Source: Bacteriovoracaceae bacterium (lineage in GTDB: Bacteria > Bdellovibrionota > Bacteriovoracia > Bacteriovoracales > Bacteriovoracaceae). From it: a stretch of 38,464 nt of DNA. The stretch is taken from contig JBMYPC010000011.1 of NCBI GenBank assembly GCA_049599895.1, forward strand, positions 1-38,464, given 5' to 3'. Shown here piece by piece: positions 20,977-31,206 of this stretch (the stretch's first letter is position 1; every line of letters starts with the position of its first letter). The position numbers were made by a program, and so were the translations under genes. The notes under the pieces are model-generated. The model did no database searches and was not told the DNA's origin. It was given only the letters and a program-made list of their open reading frames with translations.

Positions 20977-21357
20977 ATGAGCGACAATGAAAATCCCTTT
21001 AAAATCTTAGGCGACGGCCCTCAAGGAATGCCAATTGATTCTGTTGATAAATCAATTGACCTTACTAAACAAATTGAATCCCTCATTGGCTCCGCTGATC
21101 TTTTTCTTTTTATGAAAGGAACACCTAACGCTCCAATGTGTGGTTTTTCGGCAAATGTCATCAACATTCTCAACCATATGGGAAAAACCTATAAGACTTT
21201 TGATATCTTAACAGATATGGAAATTCGCCAAGGGGTTAAAGAGTATGCCAGTTGGCCAACTTTTCCTCAGCTTTACGTTAAGGGTGAGCTCATTGGCGGA
21301 AATGATATCATCACTGAAATGTATCATTCCGGCGACCTTGAAAAAACTCTTGCTTAA
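20977..21357 (+). CDS. grxD: Monothiol glutaredoxin Grx4
   Basis: LFMKGTP..PMCGFS, WPTFPQLYVKGELIGG. Confidence 0.95.
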   Translation: MSDNENPFKILGDGPQGMPIDSVDKSIDLTKQIESLIGSADLFLFMKGTPNAPMCGFSANVINILNHMGKTYKTFDILTDMEIRQGVKEYASWPTFPQLYVKGELIGGNDIITEMYHSGDLEKTLA

Positions 21358-22395
21358 ATGACCATAAAAGTCGGTATCGTTGGTTTCGGCCCTTCCGGAA
21401 AAATCCTTCATGGAAGGCTTCTAAGAGGACTCTCTCAGTTTGAGATCACTGATATTGTGACCTCGCAAAAAGAACTCGCTCTTTCTGAGCATGCAAACGC
21501 CAACATCCATCAAAACTTTAATGACTTTCTTGAAAAGAAAAACTGTGAGCTTGTGGTTATTGCAAGTCCCAATCAATTTCATTTTTCTCAAGTCAAAGAC
21601 TGCCTCAACCAAGGTCTTCATGTGGTTGTGGAAAAACCCTTTACGACAACCTCTGAAGAAGCATTAGAACTGATTAAACTCGCTAAAGAAAGAGATCTTG
21701 TTCTCTCAGTCTTTCAAAACAGAAGATTTGATAGTGATCTTCTCACTGTGAAACGAATGATTGATGATGGAAGGCTTGGTAACGTAAAACTCTTTGAAGG
21801 AAACTACCATCGCTATAGCCCAGGGATTTGGGATAATTGGCGTTATCATAATAATGTCCCAGGCGCAGGGACTTTTCTTGATCTAGGAGCTCACCTTCTT
21901 GATCAGGCCCTTTATCTTTTTGGAAAACCAAAAGCCGTCTTTGCAGACATTCACTCCCAAAGAGACCCTAACCTTCCAGATGATTATTTTCACGTAACGT
22001 TCTTTTATGAAGATAAAAGAGTCATTCTGAAAGCTGGCACATTAATCCCCTCTTCTGAGCCTCGCTATATTGTTCACGGAGATAAGGCCAGTTTCTTTAA
22101 AAAAGGAATCGATCCCCAGGAAGCTCAGCTTAGAGTTGAAAACCTTTCTCCTCTTGATTCAAAATTTGGAGTTGAACCTGAGAGTCTCAGTGGAAAAATT
22201 TGCTTTCCGGATGGTAAAGAAGAAGTCATTGTTAGTGAAAAAGGTTGTTCGCAAAATTATTATTTTCAAATCTCTGAAGCGATTCAAAAGAAAAGGCCTC
22301 TTCCAGTGAGTCACGAAGAGGCGTTAGATCTTATGAAGCTTTATGAGCTTTGTTTTAAAAGCTCTGACTCTGGATCAAGACTTAAGTTTGGTTAG
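21358..22395 (+). CDS. Gfo/Idh/MocA oxidoreductase (YdgJ/IolW-like)
   Basis: VGIVGFGPSG, VVEKPF, VFQNRRFD, DLGAHLLDQ. Confidence 0.92.
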   Translation: MTIKVGIVGFGPSGKILHGRLLRGLSQFEITDIVTSQKELALSEHANANIHQNFNDFLEKKNCELVVIASPNQFHFSQVKDCLNQGLHVVVEKPFTTTSEEALELIKLAKERDLVLSVFQNRRFDSDLLTVKRMIDDGRLGNVKLFEGNYHRYSPGIWDNWRYHNNVPGAGTFLDLGAHLLDQALYLFGKPKAVFADIHSQRDPNLPDDYFHVTFFYEDKRVILKAGTLIPSSEPRYIVHGDKASFFKKGIDPQEAQLRVENLSPLDSKFGVEPESLSGKICFPDGKEEVIVSEKGCSQNYYFQISEAIQKKRPLPVSHEEALDLMKLYELCFKSSDSGSRLKFG

Positions 22396-22406
22396 TAATA
22401 CCTCCA

Positions 22407-23246
22407 TTAATTTTTCAAATGGATGAGTGTCTGCTTAAAGACCTCTGAATAGTAAGGCTTATCAAAATAATAAAGACAAAGAGGTCTAAAATACTTCTTA
22501 TAACCTTTGATAATTTTCACCTTCTTATTATTTTCAATTAAATGACGACTCATAACCGCCCTTCCAAAACCATTTTCAACACCATCAATAATGGCATAAA
22601 CTTCTCCAAGATAAGATCTTCGATAGGGTTTGATTGCTTTTCCTTGGGCCTTTAAAAAGGACTCAGTGGCGTTATCATGAGGCCCATGATCAAGAAAGAC
22701 ATCGCTGTGAGTTTTGTATTTTGAGCTTTCAATGACGACATATTCCTCTTGTCCTATGATCTCTTTTTTAATTCCTTTCATCTCTACTTCATAGTCAGTG
22801 AGAATAAAATCCGCTTTTCCTTTTTTAAGAGCATCAAAAAGATCAATCACCTCATAGGTCTGAAGATCGATCCTAAGGCTTTGATTTTCACGGACAAAAC
22901 CAGATAATCGCTTCATTACAATTGAGCGCATAATTGATGAAAAGCCAGCAATTCGAATCACTCCCCCAAGCTCGTTCTCATGGAGGCCAATCTTTGAGAA
23001 AAGCTCATTTTCAAGATTCTCTTGAACTCGACAATAACTTAGGATCTCCTCTCCCATTTCTGTCAGGATGAGTTTCTTTCCCTCCCTTAAAAAAAGAGTG
23101 GTTTCAAGGTCATCTTCAAGCTGAGAGATTCTTTGGGAAAGAGCGGACTGACTGACTCCAAGAACCTTCGCTGCCTCAGTCATATTCTGAAGTAAAGCAC
23201 ACTGATGAAAAGCTGAAAGTCCAAGATTATTGATTCTCACACTCAT
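22407..23246 (-). CDS. LysR family transcriptional regulator
   Basis: HTH TEAAKVLGVSQSALSQRISQLEDDL..LFLR..LTEMGE. Confidence 0.93.
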   Translation of the reverse strand: MSVRINNLGLSAFHQCALLQNMTEAAKVLGVSQSALSQRISQLEDDLETTLFLREGKKLILTEMGEEILSYCRVQENLENELFSKIGLHENELGGVIRIAGFSSIMRSIVMKRLSGFVRENQSLRIDLQTYEVIDLFDALKKGKADFILTDYEVEMKGIKKEIIGQEEYVVIESSKYKTHSDVFLDHGPHDNATESFLKAQGKAIKPYRRSYLGEVYAIIDGVENGFGRAVMSRHLIENNKKVKIIKGYKKYFRPLCLYYFDKPYYSEVFKQTLIHLKN

Positions 23247-23259
23247 TAGATATTCTAAT
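23245..23259. promoter_or_regulatory. LysR-type operator (T-N11-A)
   Basis: Perfect inverted repeat ATTAGA-TAT-TCTAAT overlapping the LysR start, in the divergent intergenic region. Confidence 0.6.
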
Positions 23260-23337
23260 TAATAAATTAAATCAATTAATTTTACAGTTTTTATAAAAAA
23301 ACCCATATTCCCTTTAACGAAAAACCGGGAGGGAAAC

Positions 23338-23775
23338 ATGAAAACACTTTTTTTTATCTTTATGACTTTAATTGCAACGAATTCTTACGGACTTGTTCAA
23401 TGTGAGGAGCAACTGCGAGCTGGAAATAATAAGCTTATTTTTTCGAAATCAGCAAACCATGCAATTTTATATCAAGCACATTTCACTTATATGGCAAATG
23501 GGGATAAAAAATGGCATGTGATGGAATCAGTTTATCTTATAACAAGTGACTATTCGACAAGACTAGGTCCCGTATATGAGCTTCAAAAAGAAGACGGAAA
23601 TGGGCCAACCTATCTTACCATTGAAGAAAAAAATGAACCTGTTTGGGATAAAAAACCGAGAGGTGGCTATATCGGAACAAAGAGCACTTATACAGTCATC
23701 GACAAAACAGCTGCTGCTTATAAAACCATCATGAGCTGCTCACATATTGATTACGATCAATTTCTTCAAATCTAA
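23338..23775 (+). CDS. Hypothetical secreted protein
   Basis: GGGAGG RBS; signal peptide MKTLFFIFMTLIATNSYG; two Cys. Confidence 0.8.
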   Translation: MKTLFFIFMTLIATNSYGLVQCEEQLRAGNNKLIFSKSANHAILYQAHFTYMANGDKKWHVMESVYLITSDYSTRLGPVYELQKEDGNGPTYLTIEEKNEPVWDKKPRGGYIGTKSTYTVIDKTAAAYKTIMSCSHIDYDQFLQI

Positions 23776-23782
23776 ACATTCT

Positions 23783-23809
23783 CCCTAGAGGCAGCACTTG
23801 TCTCTAGGG
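23783..23809. terminator. Intrinsic terminator between convergent genes
   Basis: CCCTAGAGGCA-GCACT-TGTCTCTAGGG hairpin followed by TTTT. Confidence 0.65.
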
Positions 23810-23811
23810 TT

Positions 23812-24555
23812 TTAAACCTCACTCATCAAAGATTCATCAAACTCAACATTATGATAAACCTTCTGAACATCATCATCATCTTCAAGGGCATCAATCAGTT
23901 TCATAAAAGTGGGAAAACTGTCTTTTGAAATTTCTTTTGTTGTAATCGGGAGTCTTTGTAGACCTGCCTCAGTCGTCTCAAGACTAAGCTCTGAAAGCTT
24001 ATTTTGAACATTTCCAAAGTCTTCTCGGGCCGTTGTGATCGAAACCATTTCCTCATCAACCTCGACGTCTTCAGCACCAGCATCAATCATCTCCATGGTG
24101 AAATCATCTTCATCACCAATGGATTCTTTCGAGAGATTAAAAACGCCTTTTTGTTCAAAGATAAATTGCAAACAGCCATCTTTTCCAAGTGAGCCATTAT
24201 ATTTTCGAAAATAAGAACGGACGTTAGAGACAGTTCGGGTGTTATTGTCGGTGGCGCATTCAACAAATACCGCCACTCCATCTGGACCGTAGCCTTCAAA
24301 AGTGGTTTCAATAATTTCTTCGCCACCAGCACCAGACGCTTTTTTAATCGCTCTTTCCACATTATCTTTTGGCATATTCGCGCCACGGGCATTTTGGGTC
24401 GCAAGGCGAAGTCTTGGATTGGTCTCAGGATCAGGTCCTCCAGCTTTCACGGCAACAGTGATCTCTTTAATGATCTTGGTAAAGATTTTACCTCTTTTAG
24501 CGTCCTGAGCACCTTTACGATGCCGAATGTTTGCCCATTTACTATGACCTGCCAT
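23812..24555 (-). CDS. yebC: YebC/PmpR family protein
   Basis: MAGHSKWANIRHRKGAQDAKRGK, EGYGPDG, LEDDDDVQKVYHN. Confidence 0.97.
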   Translation of the reverse strand: MAGHSKWANIRHRKGAQDAKRGKIFTKIIKEITVAVKAGGPDPETNPRLRLATQNARGANMPKDNVERAIKKASGAGGEEIIETTFEGYGPDGVAVFVECATDNNTRTVSNVRSYFRKYNGSLGKDGCLQFIFEQKGVFNLSKESIGDEDDFTMEMIDAGAEDVEVDEEMVSITTAREDFGNVQNKLSELSLETTEAGLQRLPITTKEISKDSFPTFMKLIDALEDDDDVQKVYHNVEFDESLMSEV

Positions 24556-24594
24556 AATTTACTCCGAAAGTTTTAATGAACTTGAAAAAGAATT

Positions 24595-25968
24595 CTAGCG
24601 AACTTGCTGGCGGCGGAAAAGGGCCTTGAGAGCAAATCCTAGAAGAATCACACCTAAGACTTGAAGAAGTATGAGTTTCCAAAAGTTTACGACGATGTAT
24701 GCTGCGTAGAGAAAGACTCGGACAAGTGGTCTTGACCAAGAATTGAGAAGCATCCACTTCGCAATCGGCGGTGAATACTTATAATAAAGGGCCACAAAAG
24801 CTTTCCCCAGAGGAGTCTTTAATAGAATCTGATCTCTAATGGCCCTAAAGTTTGCCACCACAAAGTTTTCATCTTTAAAACCAGCTGTTGCAATAAAACA
24901 GGCGGTTTGTTCAAGGAGTTGTTCGATTTCAAATGGTGTTTGAGATTCTACATTGGAAGTTCTTGAAGCAAAACCAAATTCATTAACGTAAACCACGGCC
25001 ATGCAGTATTGGAGACCATTGGTAAGACCTGTCACTGAAATTGATGAGTCTTCAACAGCGGGAAAAAGTTCTGAGTTTAAATTACAAGCAGACGCTCCAC
25101 CAATTGCCGTTCCAATAGGCTGGCCTGCTTGTAACGTACAGGTGCTCGCTTGCTCCTGGCAAACACGAACACTATTCACATCAGTTGAACTTCCTGAATA
25201 ATTGAGGGTTAGAAGAGTATCCCCTCTTGTAATGGAATCAAGGTTAGCAACATCTGCGCCGATATCATCAAAGTCATCAGAGAGGTTTAAACGAATGTAG
25301 AGACCATCACCATTTCCATCATGATCATCGGGAGTTTGACTATTATCACCTATAGTATGATCGGTATCATCATCATCAATAAAGAAATAGAGATACCGAA
25401 CTTTCGTTTCATCACTACCAATCAAAGTTTCACAATCAGCGAGATCTCCTGAAGCATCAGTTCCACAAACATCACCAAGATTTAAATAAATCGTTTGTTC
25501 GCTATCAGTTGTTCCATTTGAAAATGTCGTTGTGTAATTATTTGAAGAGGTATCAGCATAAATTTGCACGTATTGCCATTCAGCATCTGTACCACTGATA
25601 TCATCATCATCAGAGACCATCAGATGAAGATCAGCTGTATCCCCAAGACTGTTCGTAATATCGAGTTTGATTTTTATCCAACCGGTATAAGTCGTAGCTC
25701 CAGTGTTTTCAGGAATATTACCATCACCATAAATATGATAGGGCCCAGAACCATCAGTCGTATCAATAGGAACATGGAACTGCATCGCCGAAGAGATTGA
25801 AGACTCATCCCCTTCATCTTCTAGGTTCACATCATAAAAAGTGAGCTGAGTAGCATTGGCCATCTGAACTTCCATGTCTTCCACATTTTCTTCAGAAAAC
25901 TCCACCTTAAAAGTGGCTAAAGCATCACTTGCAAAGAGGAGTAAAAATAAGGAAATCCATGTTTTCAT
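24595..25968 (-). CDS. Acidic secreted protein with Fn3-like segment and CFI-box-CTERM tail
   Basis: Signal peptide MKTWISLFLLLFASDALA; Asp-rich; GLTNGLQYCMAVVYVN Fn3-like; CFIATAG...RAIRD..L...PLGKAFV.LYY.YSPPIA followed by TM segments and basic tail. Confidence 0.85.
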   Translation of the reverse strand: MKTWISLFLLLFASDALATFKVEFSEENVEDMEVQMANATQLTFYDVNLEDEGDESSISSAMQFHVPIDTTDGSGPYHIYGDGNIPENTGATTYTGWIKIKLDITNSLGDTADLHLMVSDDDDISGTDAEWQYVQIYADTSSNNYTTTFSNGTTDSEQTIYLNLGDVCGTDASGDLADCETLIGSDETKVRYLYFFIDDDDTDHTIGDNSQTPDDHDGNGDGLYIRLNLSDDFDDIGADVANLDSITRGDTLLTLNYSGSSTDVNSVRVCQEQASTCTLQAGQPIGTAIGGASACNLNSELFPAVEDSSISVTGLTNGLQYCMAVVYVNEFGFASRTSNVESQTPFEIEQLLEQTACFIATAGFKDENFVVANFRAIRDQILLKTPLGKAFVALYYKYSPPIAKWMLLNSWSRPLVRVFLYAAYIVVNFWKLILLQVLGVILLGFALKALFRRQQVR

Positions 25969-25975
25969 TAATTTA

Positions 25976-26004
25976 ATTATCCGCGTCATTTAGTTTCAAG
26001 TCAA
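25976..26004 (-). promoter_or_regulatory. Sigma70-type promoter (leaderless) of the CFI-box gene
   Basis: Minus strand TTGACT(26004-25999)-17 nt-GATAAT(25981-25976)-7 nt-ATG(25968). Confidence 0.6.
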
Positions 26005-26098
26005 ACCTAAGAAAATCAGCACACCATAACATAGACAAACTCGGCAAATTTTACAACTTCGTGAATTCATTGAGATAATGTCATTTCAGGAGAAAGTG

Positions 26099-26962
26099 AT
26101 GATCGTTAGTATTAATGGGATAGTTGTCCCTTTAGAAAATGCCAAGATTTCTGTTTTTGATCGAGGCTTCCTTTACGGAGATTCAATATACGAATCTTTA
26201 ATCACAATTGAGGGGAAAATTTTTCGCTTTGATAAGCACCTTGGAAGGTTAAAAAGATCCGCCAATCTTATGGGTATGGAAATTTCTTATACTGATGAAG
26301 AAATTGAAAACTTCATCAAAGAAACCATCAATCAATCCCAAACCAAAAACTTAAGAGTTAGACTTGTGGTCACTCGAGGAACATCCGAAGAACCGAACCT
26401 CGATCCCACTCTTTCCACTGAAAACAATATTGTTGTCATGGCCTATGAACGAAAGCTTAACCCTAGTTGGTGGTATGAAAAAGGTGTGGAAGTCATTATT
26501 GCCGACGTTCAAAGGGTCTCTCCTAAATCAGTTGATCCCAATATCAAATCGGGAAATTATCTCAACAATGTTTTGGCCTATAAGCAGGCCAAAGAAAAAA
26601 ATGCCTTTGAAGCAATCATGCTTAATCAATCCGGCTTTGTCACAGAGGCCACAACTTCTAATGTTTGGATGGTCAAAGACAATATCATTTGCACGCCACC
26701 AATTCATGAAGGTCTCCTTGGCGGTCTTACTCGGGAGACAATTCTTGAACTTGCAAAAGCAAAAGGTCTTTCCATAGAAGAAAAGCCAATCAGACCTCAA
26801 GAACTTCTCTCAGCAGATGAGTGTTTTCTCACCAGCACAGCCCGTTTTGTGGTCCCCATCATAAAAGTTGACGAGATTACTATTGGAAATGGTGAACCAG
26901 GCCCTATTTCAAAGCGACTTTTAGAACTTTTAAAGGAAGAAGCCTTTAGTTATTCCAACTAG
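26099..26962 (+). CDS. Aminotransferase class IV (branched-chain / D-amino acid type)
   Basis: DRGFLYGDSIYE, HLGRL, IKSGNY (PLP lysine), EATTSN, LGGLTR; AGGAG before ATG 26099. Confidence 0.92.
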   Translation: MIVSINGIVVPLENAKISVFDRGFLYGDSIYESLITIEGKIFRFDKHLGRLKRSANLMGMEISYTDEEIENFIKETINQSQTKNLRVRLVVTRGTSEEPNLDPTLSTENNIVVMAYERKLNPSWWYEKGVEVIIADVQRVSPKSVDPNIKSGNYLNNVLAYKQAKEKNAFEAIMLNQSGFVTEATTSNVWMVKDNIICTPPIHEGLLGGLTRETILELAKAKGLSIEEKPIRPQELLSADECFLTSTARFVVPIIKVDEITIGNGEPGPISKRLLELLKEEAFSYSN

Positions 26963-27105
26963 TTACAGCTCTTTTAAAGACTCATTCCTATTGCCAAATT
27001 TACTTATCATTTTTTTAAAGGAATACCTCAACTCCTAAGCCCTAAGTACCGAAAAATAAAGAGATTAGGACATTCAAACCAGTGTCCAAATTAAAATGAT
27101 ACTTA

Positions 27106-30100
27106 ATGATGGCAAAAGAGAAAAAGTTCACATTCATGCAATGGATTTTCCGTTTGGGATTTTTTCTCATTCTTGTCAGTTGTAATCCTCTTGAACAAGT
27201 TCAAGATGCTACCACGGAAGCAGAAGAAAACGTTGTCGATGGTGGAACAGCTCCAGCAGAAATTAGTGTTGTTCAAACAATCAATATTCTTGAAAACACT
27301 TCATCAGCTGACATTAGTCTCTACGCCAAAAATATTACAAGTGCAGGAAAACCCTGTTCAAGCTATATCAGTTTCACCTCAACAAATTACGACGTGGTAA
27401 ATCCCTACCTCATCAGTGTTTGGGGAAAAATGCCAAGCTGTAAATTTAAAATTGATCCGATTTTTAATGCCAATGGAATTGCCTATCTCACAGTTAAAGC
27501 AGCTTCAAAAACGAAGTCAGTAACAAAAAATGTTTTGGTTAATTTTATCGCAACGAATGACCCCCCTAGCTTTCCACCAATTTTAAACTATGGAATGACA
27601 GAAAGTACTCTTAGCGCCCAAACCTACATACCGGCTTTCAATCTCAATATTTCTGACGACTCTCAACTTAACTGTAAAAACTCTGTTAAAGTGACTTCAG
27701 ACAATCCCACTCTTTTCTCTGAAGATTCAATTACAATTTCAGGAGACTATAATTACCAAGGCTGCTCTCTATCTCTTGCACCAACAATAGGAGAAATTGG
27801 CACAGCAGGTATTACTGTCGAAGTAGACGATGGCTTTTCAAAATTTTCAAGAACCTTTTTTGTAACAGTTCACAACATCATAGAATCTCCAACAATTTCT
27901 GCACCAAACGAAATTTCCATTGTTGAAGATACATCGAGTGAGGAAATCGTATTTATCACTCTCGATCAGGACGACCTCAAGAATTATGCTGCTGATATTA
28001 CAATCACTTCTAGTAACCTAGACCTCATTCGTTCTAGCGATACGAGTGATATTGATATTAAAGCAGATGGGAATCATTATGTTGCAACTCTAAAAGCAAG
28101 ATCAAATCAAACAGGATCAACAACCCTTACTGTTAAAATAACAGATCCATCATCGTCTAATCCGAAGACCACAATTGAAGAAAAGACGATAGACCTTAAC
28201 GTCTCTGCCATTAATGACACTCCAACAATTAGCGATATTCAAGATCAAAATTCACTCGAAGACATGACTATCAATGCTCTTACCTTTACAATTGATGATC
28301 CCGATGACTCTTTAGACTGCTCATCTAGTCTTTCAGTCTCAACTTCAAATTCATCTGTTGTAGAAGCATCGTCTATTCTGTTTTCTGGAACTGCACCAAA
28401 CTGTAATATGAGTATTACACCTGTAACCAACGCAACGGGAAGTTCCGTTATCACTATCACTGTAAGCGACGGCAATTCAAATTCAAGCGATAGCTTCGTT
28501 GTAAACTTCTCAGGAGAGAATGATACTCCAACAATGATCCCTCCAAGTGATATTGTGATCAATCAAGATCAAGGACCTATTCAGTATTCATTTAAGATTT
28601 CAGATAGCGATAGTTTTATCACTTGCCCAATCAATGTAACGGCAAGCTCGTCCAATACCGCCCTTCTCTCAAACGCAAAACTCTCAGTCTCCGGTGGAAC
28701 CATTGATTGTGAGTTAACTCTTGAGACAGAGGCCAATAAATCAGGAAAAAGCGTCATTACTCTTACAGTCTCAGATGGCATCACTTCTAACAATTACCTT
28801 GTCAATCTCACGGTGAATATCGATGAGTCTTATACTGCTGATGACTTTACTCTCTCAAATACCGAACATCTTGAAGTGATTAATGGAAGTATTCGTTTAA
28901 AATACACTGATACCATTCATAACTCCACTGAAGACTTTAATCATGCAAACGCCACTCTTGAAAATATCACTTATTCAAATAATTTCCTCACGATTGATAC
29001 AACTTCAGCTTCAGAAGAACTCAACTCCAACTGGGCCCCCCAGTGGGCCAATCTCATTGCCAATTGGAAGTTTAATGAAAGCTTTCTTGTCAGCATGACT
29101 GTGGACCAAGTTCAAGAAAGCCGAAATGCTCTTCATGGAACTCCCATCGATGGAATCGCTTCAACTCGACTTTCAAGAATCGGAGGCTATGCCATTTCCT
29201 TTTTAGGAGGAGACGGTCGAGTTGATCTTAGCAATCCAGCAAGCCTCAATGACCTTAGTCTCTTTTCGGCTCTCGTTTGGATTAATCCCAGTGATTATGG
29301 AGAAGGAGGAGCCGGAAGAATTTTTGATAAAAACGAAAGGTTTCTCTATCTCGACGGCACTAATAATCGTCTTTGCTTTCAACAAAACTTTTCTACGACG
29401 AATGGACTTTGGTGTACGCTGACTAACAGTTTAAACGCCCATTGGGGAGACTGGTTTCAGGTCGGTCTCATTTATGACAGTAGCTCAGTTTCAAATTCTC
29501 CAAGTTTTTATCTCAATGGAGAACCTGTTACCAGTGCTGCACTTGTTAGTCCCGTAGGAACAATTTCATCTGATGCTGCAAGTTCTGCTCTCATTGGAAG
29601 CAACAACACTCAATCAGCAGACTATAATGGACTTATTGATGATCTTCTTCTCTGGAATGTTAATCTCAATGCAGACGAAGTAAAAAGAGTCTACTTAGGA
29701 CAAAAATCAAAGTTCACCGGAATTTATACTTCAAGAGTTCTCGATCTAGGATCAGTTGATGATTGGACATCTCTAAGTTTAATCACTCCCATCCCCTTCT
29801 CTAAAGAGCTTCCAAACACAAGTGAAACCAGTACTCACTACAGCGAACTTGAAACCAATAGTCTTCTTCTTTCTCTTGAAGGGCTTTGGCACTTTAACGA
29901 GAGCGCTTTAAACAGTGTTATCGCAACACATGACTTTGATGACTTTAGTAATAACGACCTTTACGCCAATGAATCAGGTGGAGTGTCTCTCACCTCTAAA
30001 GGACTCTTCTCTGGTGCCATTAGCTTTGATGGTACGGACGACTTTCTTGAAGTTTCCGATTCAAATGAACTTGATGTAAATCTCACTAGCCGCTTTACGA

Positions 30101-31206
30101 TCTCTGTTTGGTATAAAGTGACAGAAGGAGATAATGGGATTGATCAGACGCTTTTTGGGAAATGGAATCCAACAGGCAATGACCGAAGTTATCGCTGTCA
30201 TCTAACTTTTTCAACAACCAATGAAATTCAATGCTCGGTAAGTTCAAATGGAGTGACAGAGACCTCCGTAGAAGTTCTTCCCACAATTGATAATCGTTGG
30301 CACAACCTGGTTTTTAACTACACCGGAAGTCAAATTCACCTTTATCACGATGGTGAGCTTCAGCAATCAAAGAGCTATTCAAGTGGTGTTTATAATGGAA
30401 CTCAAAATCTTGAAATCGGAAGATCGAATCTTACCGATGGAGAATACTTTCCAGGCCTTATTGATGAAATGGCGATCTGGTCGAGATCCCTCACATCCTA
30501 TGAAATTCGACAACTCTACAGAAGAGGGGCCAATCGAATCTCCTATCAAGTCAGGTCTTGTGATGATGCCGCCTGCCTTGGAGAAACCTGGCAAGGTCCA
30601 GATGGTACAAGTGCGACATATTTCTCAGAAATTCATAACTGCCTAAGCCCTAGTGCTGATCAATGCCAAAGTGGCCCACGCTCACAAAATTTAGACACTT
30701 TGTTCAGCCGCTATAGTGGTTTTGCCACAGCTCCTAATGCACGCTACTTTCAATATAAGCTCATTATGGAATCTGACGACTCGCAAGATGTCTGTGACAA
30801 TAACGATGACAATGTCTTTAATGAAAAATGTCTTCCGGAACTTTCAGAACTTAGTATTGAACCAGATGATCACTATTATGCAGGAAATCCCTATGTCACC
30901 CTCAAGTCTTCGGCTCGGCATAGTTATACAAGTATCACTTCAATTACCGACACCGGATCAACTCTTGGTGTCGCTTGTCAGCGATATTATCAAATCTCAG
31001 AGGATGGGGTGAATTACTCCTATTTCAACTCCCCGAACTGGCTAAGTGCAACATCAATAGCAGAATCTTTTTATCCAAATACACTAACTTCCACTAATTT
31101 GAGCTTTTTCAGTGCCGGAGAACTCTCTATAAGAGTCTATTTTGGCGCAACTGGCAATCAAGGACATTGCCAACTTGATCAAGTTGACTTTACAGGCACC
31201 CTATAG
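27106..31206 (+). CDS. Large lipoprotein with cadherin/Ig-like repeats and two LamG (concanavalin A-like) domains
   Basis: Lipobox ILVSC; repeats bounded by NDxPT/PS motifs; two W.FNE...F.G..D...W.H/Q...F.GLIDD/E..W LamG signatures; true start may be a downstream ATG. Confidence 0.88.
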   Translation: MMAKEKKFTFMQWIFRLGFFLILVSCNPLEQVQDATTEAEENVVDGGTAPAEISVVQTINILENTSSADISLYAKNITSAGKPCSSYISFTSTNYDVVNPYLISVWGKMPSCKFKIDPIFNANGIAYLTVKAASKTKSVTKNVLVNFIATNDPPSFPPILNYGMTESTLSAQTYIPAFNLNISDDSQLNCKNSVKVTSDNPTLFSEDSITISGDYNYQGCSLSLAPTIGEIGTAGITVEVDDGFSKFSRTFFVTVHNIIESPTISAPNEISIVEDTSSEEIVFITLDQDDLKNYAADITITSSNLDLIRSSDTSDIDIKADGNHYVATLKARSNQTGSTTLTVKITDPSSSNPKTTIEEKTIDLNVSAINDTPTISDIQDQNSLEDMTINALTFTIDDPDDSLDCSSSLSVSTSNSSVVEASSILFSGTAPNCNMSITPVTNATGSSVITITVSDGNSNSSDSFVVNFSGENDTPTMIPPSDIVINQDQGPIQYSFKISDSDSFITCPINVTASSSNTALLSNAKLSVSGGTIDCELTLETEANKSGKSVITLTVSDGITSNNYLVNLTVNIDESYTADDFTLSNTEHLEVINGSIRLKYTDTIHNSTEDFNHANATLENITYSNNFLTIDTTSASEELNSNWAPQWANLIANWKFNESFLVSMTVDQVQESRNALHGTPIDGIASTRLSRIGGYAISFLGGDGRVDLSNPASLNDLSLFSALVWINPSDYGEGGAGRIFDKNERFLYLDGTNNRLCFQQNFSTTNGLWCTLTNSLNAHWGDWFQVGLIYDSSSVSNSPSFYLNGEPVTSAALVSPVGTISSDAASSALIGSNNTQSADYNGLIDDLLLWNVNLNADEVKRVYLGQKSKFTGIYTSRVLDLGSVDDWTSLSLITPIPFSKELPNTSETSTHYSELETNSLLLSLEGLWHFNESALNSVIATHDFDDFSNNDLYANESGGVSLTSKGLFSGAISFDGTDDFLEVSDSNELDVNLTSRFTISVWYKVTEGDNGIDQTLFGKWNPTGNDRSYRCHLTFSTTNEIQCSVSSNGVTETSVEVLPTIDNRWHNLVFNYTGSQIHLYHDGELQQSKSYSSGVYNGTQNLEIGRSNLTDGEYFPGLIDEMAIWSRSLTSYEIRQLYRRGANRISYQVRSCDDAACLGETWQGPDGTSATYFSEIHNCLSPSADQCQSGPRSQNLDTLFSRYSGFATAPNARYFQYKLIMESDDSQDVCDNNDDNVFNEKCLPELSELSIEPDDHYYAGNPYVTLKSSARHSYTSITSITDTGSTLGVACQRYYQISEDGVNYSYFNSPNWLSATSIAESFYPNTLTSTNLSFFSAGELSIRVYFGATGNQGHCQLDQVDFTGTL

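Noticed and set aside
27028..27055. Sigma28-like TCAA...ACCGAAAA upstream of the LamG lipoprotein
   Set aside because: Spacer is 16 nt and the match is weak
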